The notes below the pieces were generated by a model. That model did no database searches, had not been told where the DNA came from, and saw only the letters and a program-made list of their open reading frames with translations. From assembly GCA_964629655.1 (NCBI GenBank), contig CAZVQU010000002.1, positions 162,814 through 226,813 of the forward strand: DNA of 64,000 nucleotides. The letters run 5' to 3'. Positions 7,329 to 18,100 of the stretch are shown here, piece by piece; the stretch's first letter is position 1, and each line of letters opens with the position of its first letter. The position numbers and the translations under genes are program-made. The DNA is from an uncultured Planctomycetia bacterium (GTDB lineage Bacteria; Omnitrophota; Gorgyraeia; Duberdicusellales; 4484-171).

Positions 7329-10061
7329 TTATGCCTTGCCGGATAAACCAAGATTATCCAATAACCCTTGGCTGCTATTAGCCTGGTCAGGATATGTGGT
7401 TAAACCAGCTTCTAATTTGATGCTTCCGGATAAATTCTTACCCCGTAAATAATCTTTTACTATTTCGATTAACCTGTTTTCAATCCTTTGAGCATTGTCG
7501 TTATCACAAGCAGTCAGCAAAACAGCAACTCCCTGAGAAATTTTAAACGCTTTATCATTTTCTCGACGAAAAGTACTCTTTAAAGCCTTCTCAAGATCAC
7601 TGAGTGCTGTCTGCAGCTGATTATCGGTAAGTTTTTTCTTTATTTTATCAGGAAAAGTTAGGCAAATCTTGATAAGGGAAACCTTTGATTTTTCCATCAC
7701 CGCTTCGTTCACCGCTCTGTCAAGATGCTTCTTAAGAAACAGTCCGGAAACATACTTGGGCAGGGTGAAGATGAATTTTGATCCCTTACCAAGCTTACTT
7801 TTAACCTTTATGGTGCCGCCATGCTCTTCAACTAAGTTTTTGGTAATTGCTAAACCTAGCCCGGTACCTTTTGCGCCCGGCCCGGCTACCCGCCCGAACT
7901 GCTGAAACTTAGTAAATACTTTAGGTAAATCATTCTTGGATATCCCCTGACCGGTATCAGAAATTGAGATTTCTACATCGTTTTTGCTATCTATTAACTC
8001 AATTTTTATTCTGCCTTTCTCAGAAGTATATTTTATGGCATTAGAAACAAGATTATCCAAAACCTGAGTTATCTTGTCAGGATCAACAGAAATGTTTACC
8101 GGGATATCCGGTACAGAACAGTCTAAGTCCTGTTCTTTCTTTTTGCTCTCTATCTTCCACTCCTCACATATAGTTCTTACCATCTGGCGAATATCTACCA
8201 GAGATTTCTCCAGCTTTAACTTCCCGGCTTCAATCTTAGAAATATCCAAAAGATTATTTATAATCCTTGCCAAACGATCAATGTTTTCGCTGCCCATTTT
8301 AAGGATATTTTTCTGTTTCTGGTTCACTTTGCCCGGTATCTCGTCTGCAATCAAAGACACCCCTTCCTTGATTATAGACAATGGGGTACGTAACTCATGG
8401 GAAACGGTACTAATAAACTCATCTTTAAGCTTCTCAACTTTTTTACGTTCAGTAATATCCTTAGCTATATGCACTGCGCCGACAATCTTTCCTTCTTCAT
8501 CAAAAATTGGTGACACAGTAATTAAAAGAGGTATTCCGATGTGTGGGTCGTCAACTTCTTCACTGTGAGCCTTTCCGGTTTTCTCCATAGCTTGGAAAGG
8601 ACATCCCGGCCAAGAAAAATTTTGTCCATGAACTACTTCATGACATTTTTTGCCTATAATCTCCTCCGGCTTAGCCTTCATTGCTGCAGCAAAAGCTTTG
8701 TTAACCTTAACAATAGTAGAGTCTCTATCTTGGATAAAGATTAAGTCGGTTATGGAATTAAATGTTCTTTGCCATTCTTCGGCAGCTTTCTTTATTGAAC
8801 TGTCAGCTTTTTTACGTTCGGTAATATCCCGAACCGTTGCCTGGACAAACTCTTTATCTCCAATCTGCATTTTAGTTAACAAAACTGTAGCTGGAAATTC
8901 ATCTCCACTTAATCGCTTATGTTGCCATTCAAAGAAGTTTGAACCGGTTTTTAACGCCTCTCCTATCCTCACCTTAGCTTTTACCTCTGATTTTTGTCCG
9001 TCGGGCTGATACTCTGGAGATAATTTCCCCGGCCCTTTTGATATAAACTCGGCTTCATCTTTAGCACCGAACACCCTAATTGTGGCCGGGTTTCCAGAAA
9101 TAAACTTCCAATCTGGAGGAGCTAAGACCATAATCGCATCCATGGAAGACTCATAAAGTGTTCTGAATTTTTCCTCGCTTTCGGTTAAAGCTACTTCGAC
9201 CTGCTTACGTTCAGCAATTTCTCTGTTCAAAGCAACTATAGAGATAGTGCTATTTTTTAAATTTTCTGTCATCTTATCAAAAGCCCTTGAAAGTTGACCG
9301 ATTTCATCTTTTGAGCCAGTGCCTACTTTATAATCTAAATTGCCCCCTCCGATTATCTCCATCCCCTTACGTAAAGCCTTCATCGGATTAGCAATTGTTC
9401 TAGAAACAAACATACTTACGCCCAACACTGACATCAAAAATAAAAGAACGGTATAGAAAACCCTGTATTTGCTGTGATGGACTGAATTCTGCACATTTGT
9501 TACTGCCTCATTTAATGTCAGATCAGAAGCTATGATTGCTTTATTGCGCTTTAGACTCATTGTGTCAACATAAGCCTTAAGGCCACCTGCATAAATATCC
9601 TTGTTCTCCCAGTAAGCATCACTCTCCAAAATCTTAGCTGCTTCTTCTCCTTCTCCGGCATCAACGAGCTTAATCGACATATGTTCCATTTCCACCAGAG
9701 CTATGTTTGCTTTGTCGACGCTTGCAAAAAATTTTTTGCCGGACTGATCTATTCTTGCAATAGCTTGTTTTATTGTCTTGTCTAACTTGGGCTCAATATC
9801 GTAATAGCGTTGTTTCCATTTTTCATCTCCGGTAAATGCATAATTTCGCGCAGATTGAGTTAAAACTTCGTCATGATATCGGATTGATTTAGCCAATCCA
9901 TCCATAAACGTTGTCTCGGCTATTGCATAAATATCTTCTGGTATATCTCTATTTAACGGTTTAGCAATCTCATTTAGTTGACTTATGGTTACATAACCCA
10001 TAACCGCAACTAAAAAAGTAACCAACGAAAATCCTAGCAATAATTTCTGTCCTATTCTCAC
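7329..10061 (-). CDS. Sensor histidine kinase: periplasmic sensor domain, TM, HAMP, two PAS domains, HisKA, HATPase_c, plus ~170-aa uncharacterized C-terminal domain
   Basis: TM helices flanking a ~170-aa extracytoplasmic region; HAMP (IANPMKALRKGMEIIGGGNLDY); PAS with Cys-rich CHEVVHGQNFSWPGCPF; H-box HELRTPLSII; G-boxes DTGQGI and GTGLGLAITK; 910 aa. Confidence 0.85.
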   Translation of the reverse strand: MRIGQKLLLGFSLVTFLVAVMGYVTISQLNEIAKPLNRDIPEDIYAIAETTFMDGLAKSIRYHDEVLTQSARNYAFTGDEKWKQRYYDIEPKLDKTIKQAIARIDQSGKKFFASVDKANIALVEMEHMSIKLVDAGEGEEAAKILESDAYWENKDIYAGGLKAYVDTMSLKRNKAIIASDLTLNEAVTNVQNSVHHSKYRVFYTVLLFLMSVLGVSMFVSRTIANPMKALRKGMEIIGGGNLDYKVGTGSKDEIGQLSRAFDKMTENLKNSTISIVALNREIAERKQVEVALTESEEKFRTLYESSMDAIMVLAPPDWKFISGNPATIRVFGAKDEAEFISKGPGKLSPEYQPDGQKSEVKAKVRIGEALKTGSNFFEWQHKRLSGDEFPATVLLTKMQIGDKEFVQATVRDITERKKADSSIKKAAEEWQRTFNSITDLIFIQDRDSTIVKVNKAFAAAMKAKPEEIIGKKCHEVVHGQNFSWPGCPFQAMEKTGKAHSEEVDDPHIGIPLLITVSPIFDEEGKIVGAVHIAKDITERKKVEKLKDEFISTVSHELRTPLSIIKEGVSLIADEIPGKVNQKQKNILKMGSENIDRLARIINNLLDISKIEAGKLKLEKSLVDIRQMVRTICEEWKIESKKKEQDLDCSVPDIPVNISVDPDKITQVLDNLVSNAIKYTSEKGRIKIELIDSKNDVEISISDTGQGISKNDLPKVFTKFQQFGRVAGPGAKGTGLGLAITKNLVEEHGGTIKVKSKLGKGSKFIFTLPKYVSGLFLKKHLDRAVNEAVMEKSKVSLIKICLTFPDKIKKKLTDNQLQTALSDLEKALKSTFRRENDKAFKISQGVAVLLTACDNDNAQRIENRLIEIVKDYLRGKNLSGSIKLEAGLTTYPDQANSSQGLLDNLGLSGKA

Positions 10062-10239
10062 AATATATACTTTAGTTTTTTAAATAAGCTTTTTAACTTC
10101 TCCAATTAAGTCTGACAAATCACTGGTCTCGGGGCAATAATCATCAACCCCCCAATTTTCTAGCCTTTGCTGCATCTATGGCTCCACCGGAAGAAGAAAA
10201 ACCCTTAGTAACCTATTGTATATAGGCAATTTAGGCTAG

Positions 10240-11475
10240 TCAAGGCTTTTTGCCTTTCCGTTTAGAAGCTAACTTGCCTCCGGCCCGAAAGATTGCCTCC
10301 CGGCCGAATTTATCCTTTATCTTATCAATAGCCTTATGCATTCTCTCCTGCTTTTCTTCCTTGCCTTGGTCAAAAAGGGTAACCTGAACTTCACCCTGAG
10401 TGAAATTTGAGACCTTGACTCCCACTAAACGCACCCTCTTACCCTTACGGTTAAACTTATCTAAAAGCTCTTTTATAGTCTTATAGATCGTATCAATAAA
10501 ATTAGTCGGCTTATCCAGGGTCTTAGCCCGGGTAAAGGTCAAAAAACCCTCCAACCTTATCTTTAAGGTAATAGTTTTTCCCTTAAAGCCCTGTTGGCGC
10601 AGGCGACCGGACACCTTCTCGCAAAGGTTAATCAAAGCTGCATAAATTATCTTTCTATCCCCTGTGTCCTCAGCAAAGGTATATTCATTACCTACTGACT
10701 TTGTCTCATCTTCTACTTCTACCTCTCGCTCATCTATACCATTAGCCAAGGTCCAGAAGTATTCACCATTTTTACCTAATATCTGCCCTACTTCTTGCAA
10801 ATCCTTCTTGGCTAAATCACCTATGGTCTTAATTCCTAAATCATTAAAGATAACTTTACTCTTCTTGCCCAATCCGGGAATCTTATCAATATCTAAAGGC
10901 CAGAGAAAATCAAGAACTTTATCTTGACCAACCTCAACTAAACCATCAGGCTTATCAATATCTGAGGCTATTTTTGCAGCCATCTTAGTAGGAGCTAAAC
11001 CAACTGAAGCAGTTAGCTTAGTCTTCTCGTTTATTCTAGACTTTAATAACCTACAGGTCTCTCGGGGACCTCCAAAGAGATGATGACTTCCGGTTATATC
11101 TAAAAAAGCTTCATCAACGCTTATCATCTCAACCTTAGGAGTAAACTCATGGAAAATCTCGTAAATCTCATCAGATACCTGGCTATACTTCGCAGAATCC
11201 ACTGACAGGAATATACCCTTAGGGCACTTCTTATAAGCCGTAGATATTGGTTGACCGGAGTGTATGCCAAACTTTCTGGCTTGATAAGAACAGGTTGAGA
11301 CAACCCCCCTACCCTTGCCCCCCTTAGGATCAGCTCCGACTATTACTGGCTTGCCAATAAGAGCAGGATTATCCCTCTGCTCTATGGCTGCGAAAAAAGC
11401 ATCCATATCTACATGTAAAATATAGCGTATTTTAAGAATAGGGTTTATTGGGCTAATTTTAGCCTTTTTTGCCAT
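10240..11475 (-). CDS. dinB: DNA polymerase IV (Y-family translesion polymerase)
   Basis: ILHVDMDAFFAAIEQRDNPALIGKPVIVG... catalytic palm/fingers motifs; 411 aa. Confidence 0.85.
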   Translation of the reverse strand: MAKKAKISPINPILKIRYILHVDMDAFFAAIEQRDNPALIGKPVIVGADPKGGKGRGVVSTCSYQARKFGIHSGQPISTAYKKCPKGIFLSVDSAKYSQVSDEIYEIFHEFTPKVEMISVDEAFLDITGSHHLFGGPRETCRLLKSRINEKTKLTASVGLAPTKMAAKIASDIDKPDGLVEVGQDKVLDFLWPLDIDKIPGLGKKSKVIFNDLGIKTIGDLAKKDLQEVGQILGKNGEYFWTLANGIDEREVEVEDETKSVGNEYTFAEDTGDRKIIYAALINLCEKVSGRLRQQGFKGKTITLKIRLEGFLTFTRAKTLDKPTNFIDTIYKTIKELLDKFNRKGKRVRLVGVKVSNFTQGEVQVTLFDQGKEEKQERMHKAIDKIKDKFGREAIFRAGGKLASKRKGKKP

Positions 11476-11605
11476 TCTAGATTATATAGATAATTTAGTA
11501 TATATACTATGTACCCCCCTTAAAAACCTCATTTTTATCCCAAATAAGGGTATTCTAAGAGGTATTTTTTCTCCTCTTGGAGATTGTCCCTAAGGGGATG
11601 TTTCA

Positions 11606-12835
11606 CTACCACCTTAAAGCCTTGATCCGCTCTAAAACCGGGGGGTGGCTATAAGACATAAAGACCTTTAAAGGGTGGGGTGTTAAATTAGAAAGGTTAT
11701 CTACGCTTAACTTCTTTAAAGCCAGAATAAAAGCCTCGGGCTTTTTGTAGGTAGAGGCTACATATTTATCCGCCTCATACTCATGTTTTCGCGAAAGAAC
11801 ACTCCTAGCTAAAGAAAGAATTATATTAATCGGTGTATAGAGAAAACTAAAAAATAAAAGGCTAGCGTAAATTGAAAGATTATCCATTCGAAAAGCAGCA
11901 AACATCCCGGGATTATTAATAAAAAGAGAAAGAATAAAAAACATCAAACCATTGGTAAGGATCGAGATAACCATCATCTTTAAAATATGTTTCTTCTTAT
12001 AGTGGCCCATCTCATGAGCCAATACTGAGACTAACTCATCAACGCTATGGTTCTTAATTAAGGTGTCAAACAAAACAATCCGCCGATACTTACCAAAACC
12101 AGTAAAAAAAGCATTAGACTTAGAAGAACGCCGTGAACCATCCATCTTAAATAAACCCCTTAACTTAAAATTTTGGCTTTGAGCATAAGTTTGGATGGCT
12201 TGCTTTAATTCTCCTTCCTCCAGAGGAGTGAACTTATTGAACAAAGGCATTATTACTATCGGAGCAATAAAGATTATAAAAAACTCAAATATAGTTACTC
12301 CTAGCCAACAGAAGAGCCAAGCTAGACTATCGCTCTTGATGAAAAACCAAAGAATCAAAGAAAGAAGCAGGCCACCAATAATAATTGATAGCAGCCAACC
12401 CTTTAGAATATCCAAAATGAAGGTCTTAGGCTTAGCACGGTTAAAACCGTATTTCTCCTCAATGACAAAAGTATGATATGCCGAGAAAGGTATTCCGATA
12501 ATCTGAAAGAAAAAGAATAGAATCCCGATAAAGATAAGGCCGGTAGGAATAATGCTAAAGTTAAAACTTCTAGCTACACTGTCAATAAAGTTGAATCCGC
12601 CGCTTAAAATAAGACACAGGACTACTACGGTTGTAGCTGCACCTTGAATTAGCTTAAAATAAGTATTATCCTTTAAATACTCCTGAGACTCCTTATATTT
12701 AGCTGCAATATAAAAGCCCTCAAACTCTCCTGGTAATTCCTTTTTTGCAGACCTTACGTTAAGAATCTCAATAATGAGATCTAAGATATAATTACCGATG
12801 ATGATAGCTAAAATAACTATTAGATAAATATTCAT
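11606..12835 (-). CDS. M48A family zinc metalloprotease (Ste24/CAAX prenyl protease-like), polytopic membrane protein
   Basis: 7 predicted TM helices and HEXXH zinc site VLAHEMGHYKKKH; 409 aa. Confidence 0.75.
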   Translation of the reverse strand: MNIYLIVILAIIIGNYILDLIIEILNVRSAKKELPGEFEGFYIAAKYKESQEYLKDNTYFKLIQGAATTVVVLCLILSGGFNFIDSVARSFNFSIIPTGLIFIGILFFFFQIIGIPFSAYHTFVIEEKYGFNRAKPKTFILDILKGWLLSIIIGGLLLSLILWFFIKSDSLAWLFCWLGVTIFEFFIIFIAPIVIMPLFNKFTPLEEGELKQAIQTYAQSQNFKLRGLFKMDGSRRSSKSNAFFTGFGKYRRIVLFDTLIKNHSVDELVSVLAHEMGHYKKKHILKMMVISILTNGLMFFILSLFINNPGMFAAFRMDNLSIYASLLFFSFLYTPINIILSLARSVLSRKHEYEADKYVASTYKKPEAFILALKKLSVDNLSNLTPHPLKVFMSYSHPPVLERIKALRW

Positions 12836-12870
12836 CTTTTTCTCTTAAAGGAGGGACGAGCTCTCAGAGC

Positions 12871-13932
12871 CTACTTATTTAAATGTATAGTCTGAGTGGG
12901 AAAAGCAAACTCAATTTTTTTCTTCTCAAACTCTTCTTTGATAAGGAAGTTTATCTCCTGCTGAATATTCATATACTTATTATAGTCACTGCTTAAGACA
13001 TAATAGACAACTTCAAAAACAAGGTTAAAATCACCATAAGAGGAGAAATGAGCCCGGTCAAATACTGTATCCTTAATGCTCTTAATAGCTTTCTCAATTA
13101 TCTGGGGTATTTCTTTTAAGGTTTTAAGGCGTGTGTCATAGACCACACCTAATTTGAAAACTACTCTCCGCTTCTGCATCCGCTTATAATTACGTACCCG
13201 GGAATTAGTAAGGTCGGAGTTAGAAAAAACTAATTGCTCACCGCCTAAGCTACGGATACGGGTAGTCTTAATTCCGATATGCTCTATTGTCCCCAAAAGG
13301 TCTCCGACAATAATAAAGTCGCCAACCTCAAAGGGCCGATCAAAGAGTATAGAAAAATAACTGAATAAATCCTTTAGTACTGCTTGAGCTGCCAGAGCAA
13401 TAGCAACACCGCCAATACCTAAGCCGGCAATTACCGCTGATATTTTAAATCCCAGATTATCCAAAAAGAATATAGCTGCTCCTGACCAAAGAATAAACCT
13501 GATCACTTTAAGTATGCCTTTAAGGCTATGATCAGTAGCTGAACTCTGCCTGGTCTTTCGGGAGTAAGTTTGAAAACCATAGGTGATTAACAGTGAGGCT
13601 ATGCGGACAGTAAAAATAGTTACTACCGCCATACCGACAATATTAATACCTTTAACAATTAAGTCCCCTAGGGTTAGAATCTGAACGCTTAAGTAGAGTG
13701 CACCAAGATAAAGAAAAGGAACAACCACTCTTTTAAAAACACCGACTATAAAGTCATCTAGGGTAGTGGCGGTCTTCTTGGCCCAGTTCTCTAATCTCTT
13801 TAAAATGATCGCTTCAAAAATTTTAATTATAATAACACTAAGTAAGAATACACCTACGCAGATTAAATAATCCAAAACCCGGTTGCTTAGAAAGCTTAGC
13901 TCTAAAATCTCTTTAAACATATTCTCCTCCAT
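12871..13932 (-). CDS. Small-conductance mechanosensitive channel (MscS family)
   Basis: TM3-beta domain signature GIGGVAIALAAQAVLKDLFSYFSILFDRPFEVGDFI...GTIEHIGIKTTRIR; 353 aa. Confidence 0.8.
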   Translation of the reverse strand: MEENMFKEILELSFLSNRVLDYLICVGVFLLSVIIIKIFEAIILKRLENWAKKTATTLDDFIVGVFKRVVVPFLYLGALYLSVQILTLGDLIVKGINIVGMAVVTIFTVRIASLLITYGFQTYSRKTRQSSATDHSLKGILKVIRFILWSGAAIFFLDNLGFKISAVIAGLGIGGVAIALAAQAVLKDLFSYFSILFDRPFEVGDFIIVGDLLGTIEHIGIKTTRIRSLGGEQLVFSNSDLTNSRVRNYKRMQKRRVVFKLGVVYDTRLKTLKEIPQIIEKAIKSIKDTVFDRAHFSSYGDFNLVFEVVYYVLSSDYNKYMNIQQEINFLIKEEFEKKKIEFAFPTQTIHLNK

Positions 13933-13934
13933 CT

Positions 13935-15128
13935 TTAATTCTTAAGGGCTGAGTTAGAAGACTTGACTCTCTGGACACTTAAAGCCTCTTGTATCTGCTG
14001 ATCACCGACAAAACCCAGTTCTTTAAGGACCTCACCTAATACTATTCCCCTCTTCCAATGCAGATTTAAAGCCTCATCTAATTGTTCATAAGAGATTGCC
14101 TGGTTCTGAAGCAATATCTGACCCAAGGGTTGGTAGGGATAGGCTGGGGTCTTCTTATTAACTTGGGGTACCTTGTTAGCAAAAGAAACCGAATCCCTTC
14201 GCTCAGCCATAAATATACTCTCGGGAATTGTTTTTAAAAATCTCTTTATCTCGGCAATCCGTTCATTGACCTCGATAATACTCTTGACCTTAGAAGAATC
14301 ATCTTTGTTGAACACAGCAATAGACACACTCATCAACGGTGACTTCTTTATCTTCCGGGCCCGATCCCTAGCCATAACAAAGCCCTTGGTACGGTCACTA
14401 GCTGAATAGTGGAAAGGGGTAATGTTGTCAAAGAAATTAATAAAATTCTTACAGACCCTCTCATATTTATCAGGAGTAGTAATAAAAGCAAAGTCATCAC
14501 CGCCGATATGACTGATAAAATCGTCACCATTACCGAAATCTTTCAAGGTTGTAAATAATAAATAAGCGGTCTGCAAAATTACTCTATCCCCCTTGCGATA
14601 TCCATAAACGTCATTAAAAGACTTAAAATTATCGATATCTACGTAAGCAAAAGAAAAAGGCATACCAGAGCTTAACCTCTCCTTAAGCGTATCTTCAAGA
14701 ATCTTTCCTCCAGGAAGGCCGGTTAAAGGGCTAGCATAAATACTATGTTTTGCCCTTCTTACTGACATCTCAATTCTTATCCGTAAATCCAGAGGATCTG
14801 GCGGTTTAATAAGATAGTCATCTACCCCCTGTTTAAGATTTAGAAGTTGAGCTCGCAAGTGACGCTTATTAATTAAGGTTATTACCGGAATGAAAGCAGT
14901 GGTGAAGTCTTTTTTTAGATTTCGACAGATATCAAGCTGTTGTTTGCTGGCTGTTTGAACATCAACCACGATAACATCAGGAGAGACTTTCTTGATTTCT
15001 TCAATGTCAGAGTCTGGTGAAGAATCTTTCAAGAAAACTTCATACCCCCAGCCATCAAAGCAAAAACTAAGTACATCCTTAAGCTTGCTATCTGAAGACA
15101 CGATCAAGATCTTCTTAATTTTATCCAT
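13935..15128 (-). CDS. Three-domain c-di-GMP signalling protein: atypical receiver + GGDEF-type cyclase domain (GGDDF variant) + C-terminal T2SSE_N/MshEN-like domain
   Basis: N-terminal REC-like fold with SSDS replacing the acidic DD pair; GGDEF domain with YGYRKGD and HIGGDDFAFI; C-terminal LGEVLKELGFVGDQQIQEALSVQ matches the MshEN/T2SSE_N c-di-GMP-binding repeat. Confidence 0.7.
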   Translation of the reverse strand: MDKIKKILIVSSDSKLKDVLSFCFDGWGYEVFLKDSSPDSDIEEIKKVSPDVIVVDVQTASKQQLDICRNLKKDFTTAFIPVITLINKRHLRAQLLNLKQGVDDYLIKPPDPLDLRIRIEMSVRRAKHSIYASPLTGLPGGKILEDTLKERLSSGMPFSFAYVDIDNFKSFNDVYGYRKGDRVILQTAYLLFTTLKDFGNGDDFISHIGGDDFAFITTPDKYERVCKNFINFFDNITPFHYSASDRTKGFVMARDRARKIKKSPLMSVSIAVFNKDDSSKVKSIIEVNERIAEIKRFLKTIPESIFMAERRDSVSFANKVPQVNKKTPAYPYQPLGQILLQNQAISYEQLDEALNLHWKRGIVLGEVLKELGFVGDQQIQEALSVQRVKSSNSALKN

Positions 15129-15178
15129 ATAATAGAATTATATCACAGGACTAAGAAAATCATATAGGAATTCGACTC

Positions 15179-18100
15179 CTAATCCTTCTTTTTGGCTTGT
15201 TCTTTTTCCTCGATTATTCTCTTAGCTATTTCTTTAGGAACTTGGGTGTATTTTTTAAAGTGCATAGAGCAATTAGCCCTTCCGCTGCTTAAAGAACGCA
15301 TATTAGTAGCATAACCGAACATCTCCGATAGTGGGGCCTCAGCCATGATTGTCTTTTGAGTCCCTTTAGTCTCCATGCCTAAAATCTTTCCTCGCTTAGA
15401 ACAGACATAACCGACAAGGTTGCTGGTATACTCATCAGGAGCATTTATCTCTAGCTCCATACAGGGCTCAAGCAATACTGGGTCACACTTCATAAAAGCG
15501 CTCTTAAAACAACTCCTGGCGGTTAGCTTAAAAGCTAACTCTGAAGAATCAACATCATGATAAGAACCATCAACTAATTTTACCTTTACGTCTACTACCG
15601 GATAGCCGGCACAAGGGCCCTGCTTCATGGCTTCAATAATTCCTTTTTCAACAGCCGGAATATAATTTCTTGGTATAACCCCACCGGTAATGGCATCTTC
15701 GAACTCAAAGCCTTCTCCGGGGGCATTCGGTGAGAGCTCAATCACCACATGGCCATATTGGCCCCGGCCTCCGGTCTGTTTTATATGTTTATACTCTTCA
15801 GTTATACTATTGAGTATTGCTTCTTTATAAGCTACCTTAGGCTGCCCAACAGTAGCGCTAACTTTGAATTCTTCTTTTAATCTATCTACAATTATCTCTA
15901 AATGCAATTCGCCCATCCCTGAGAGAATGGTCTCTGAAGTCTCCTCATCTATATGAGCCTTAAAGGTAGGGTCTTCCTCGGATAGCTTAGCTAAGCCTTT
16001 ACTTAATTTATCCTGTTCACTTCTGCTATCAGGTCTAATGCTGATTGAAATTACCGGTTCGGAGAATTCAATTGACTCTAAGATAATCGGGCTCTCCGGA
16101 TTGGTAAGGGTATCTCCGGTTAAAGTGCTACTTAAACCAACTACTGCTGCGATATCTCCGGTAAAAACAGCATCTAAGTTCTCACGTTGATTAGCATGCA
16201 TCTGGACAATTCTTCCAACCCTTTCCTTCTTCTCCTTAGTAGCATTGTATATATAAGTTCCGGCTTTTAGATATCCGGAGTAGACCCGGATATAGACTAA
16301 TTTACCAATATGTTGATCAGCCTGAATCTTAAAAGCTAAGGCTGAGAAAGGTTCCTGGTCTGATGGCTTACGCTGGAGCTTATTCTCTGAATCAGAAGCA
16401 TCATGTCCTTGTATTGGTGGAATATCTAAGGGTGAAGGAAGATACAGAGTTACCGCGTCAAGAAGACTCTGTACTCCTTTATTTTTAAAAGCTGAACCGC
16501 AAAGCACCGGAACAATCTTGCGGGCTATCGCCCCTTTGCGAATAGCTTTTTTTAATTCCTCTTCGGTAATTGACTTCTCATCTTTTAAGTACTTTTCAGT
16601 AAGAAGACTATCCTCAGCTGCCGCTTTCTCTAGAAGGGTATGCCGATACTTATCACAGGTATCTTTATATTCTTGAGGAATCTCTTCAACTTTGAAATCA
16701 TTTCCTAAAGTATCATCTTCGTAGACATAGGCTTTCATAGTAATAAGATCAATTACTCCTTTAAAATTCTCTTCAGCCCCAATCGGAATCTGTAAAGCTA
16801 AAGCATTAGCACCTAACTCTTTCTCAATACTCCCTAAAACCGCAAAAAAATCTGCACCCATGCGGTCCATCTTATTAACAAAAACAATTTTAGGTACCTC
16901 ATATTTATCAGATTGACGCCAGACCGTCTCTGATTGGGGCTCAACCCCTCCAACAGCACAGAAAACTGCTACTGCTCCATCTAAGACCCGTAAACTCCTC
17001 TCAACTTCAGCAGTAAAATCTACATGCCCGGGAGTGTCAATAATGCTAACCCGATAATCTCCCCAAATACAAGTAGTGGCAGCTGAAGTAATAGTAATCC
17101 CTCTCTCCTGTTCCTGTTTCATCCAGTCCATCTGGGCAGCACCATCATGAACCTCTCCGATCTTATGAGAACGGCCGGTATAAAAGAGAATCCTTTCGGT
17201 TAAGGTGGTCTTACCGGCATCAATATGGGCCATAATCCCGATATTTCGTAATTTAGCTAGGTCATTCTTTCTAACTAAAGGGGGCTCTTCTTTCCCTGCC
17301 TTTGGCGGGACTTCTCCTTCACTACGCTCAGGACTTTGCTCTGGTCGCTTTTTGGGCTTTTCCTTAACTTTCTCTTTAGACTCTTCTGCCTTAACCTCTT
17401 CTTTAGGTTTTTCTTCTTTCTTCTCTTCAACTACCTCTTGAGGCTTGGTAACCTCAGCTGCCAGTACTTCTTCTTTAACCTCGGAAGGAAGCACTTCTGC
17501 GGTCTTCTTCTCTTCCTCTTCTTTTGCCTTCTCTTGCTTAATGGAAACTTCAACTATTGGCTCTATGCCTTGTTCTTTAAGCTGATGAGCCAAACGCATC
17601 CGCTCTTTGTCTTTGGCCTCTATCTCTTTACTCCTCAGCTCTACTTCTTTCTTACTAATTTCTAAATGCTGCTTTAACTCCTCTTTTTCTTCAACTAAAC
17701 TATTGTACTCCTCTTTAGAAACCCAGCCGCTCTCCTTTTCTCTCTTCCTTAACTTTGCTACTTCTTCCTTCTGAGCCCGTAAATCACCTACTACCTTAAC
17801 CATCCTCTCGTCAGCAGATTTGATCTTTTTCTCTAAAGCTCCTCTTTCATCCTTTAAGCTCTTGATATTTCCCTCTAAAAGCTTTACTTCTCTGTGGGCA
17901 TCCGAGACATCCCTTTTTAGATTCACATTCTTAGTAAATTCCTGCTCTAATTGTTTTTCCTTATCGAGAAGACTCTTCCTAAGCTCTCGCTCCGGTCCTT
18001 TTTCTTTCTTTAAGAGCTTCTGCTGATAAGTGAGCCACTTTTTACTTTGCTTATCTTTCTCTCTTAGCTCAGCTTCTTTCTTCTTTAAGTTTTCTAGCTC

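Noticed and set aside
11608-11687. Long-range inverted repeat CCACCTTAAAG / CTTTAAAGGGTGG
   Set aside because: It is imperfect, 70 nt apart, and lies inside the 3' end of the Ste24-like CDS. It is probably coincidental.
17205-18026. Plus-strand ORFs 17205-17441, 17336-17665 and 17820-18026 (Phe/Leu-rich)
   Set aside because: They are antisense to the low-complexity K/E-rich coiled-coil coding region of the EF-G fusion and are an AT-skew artefact.
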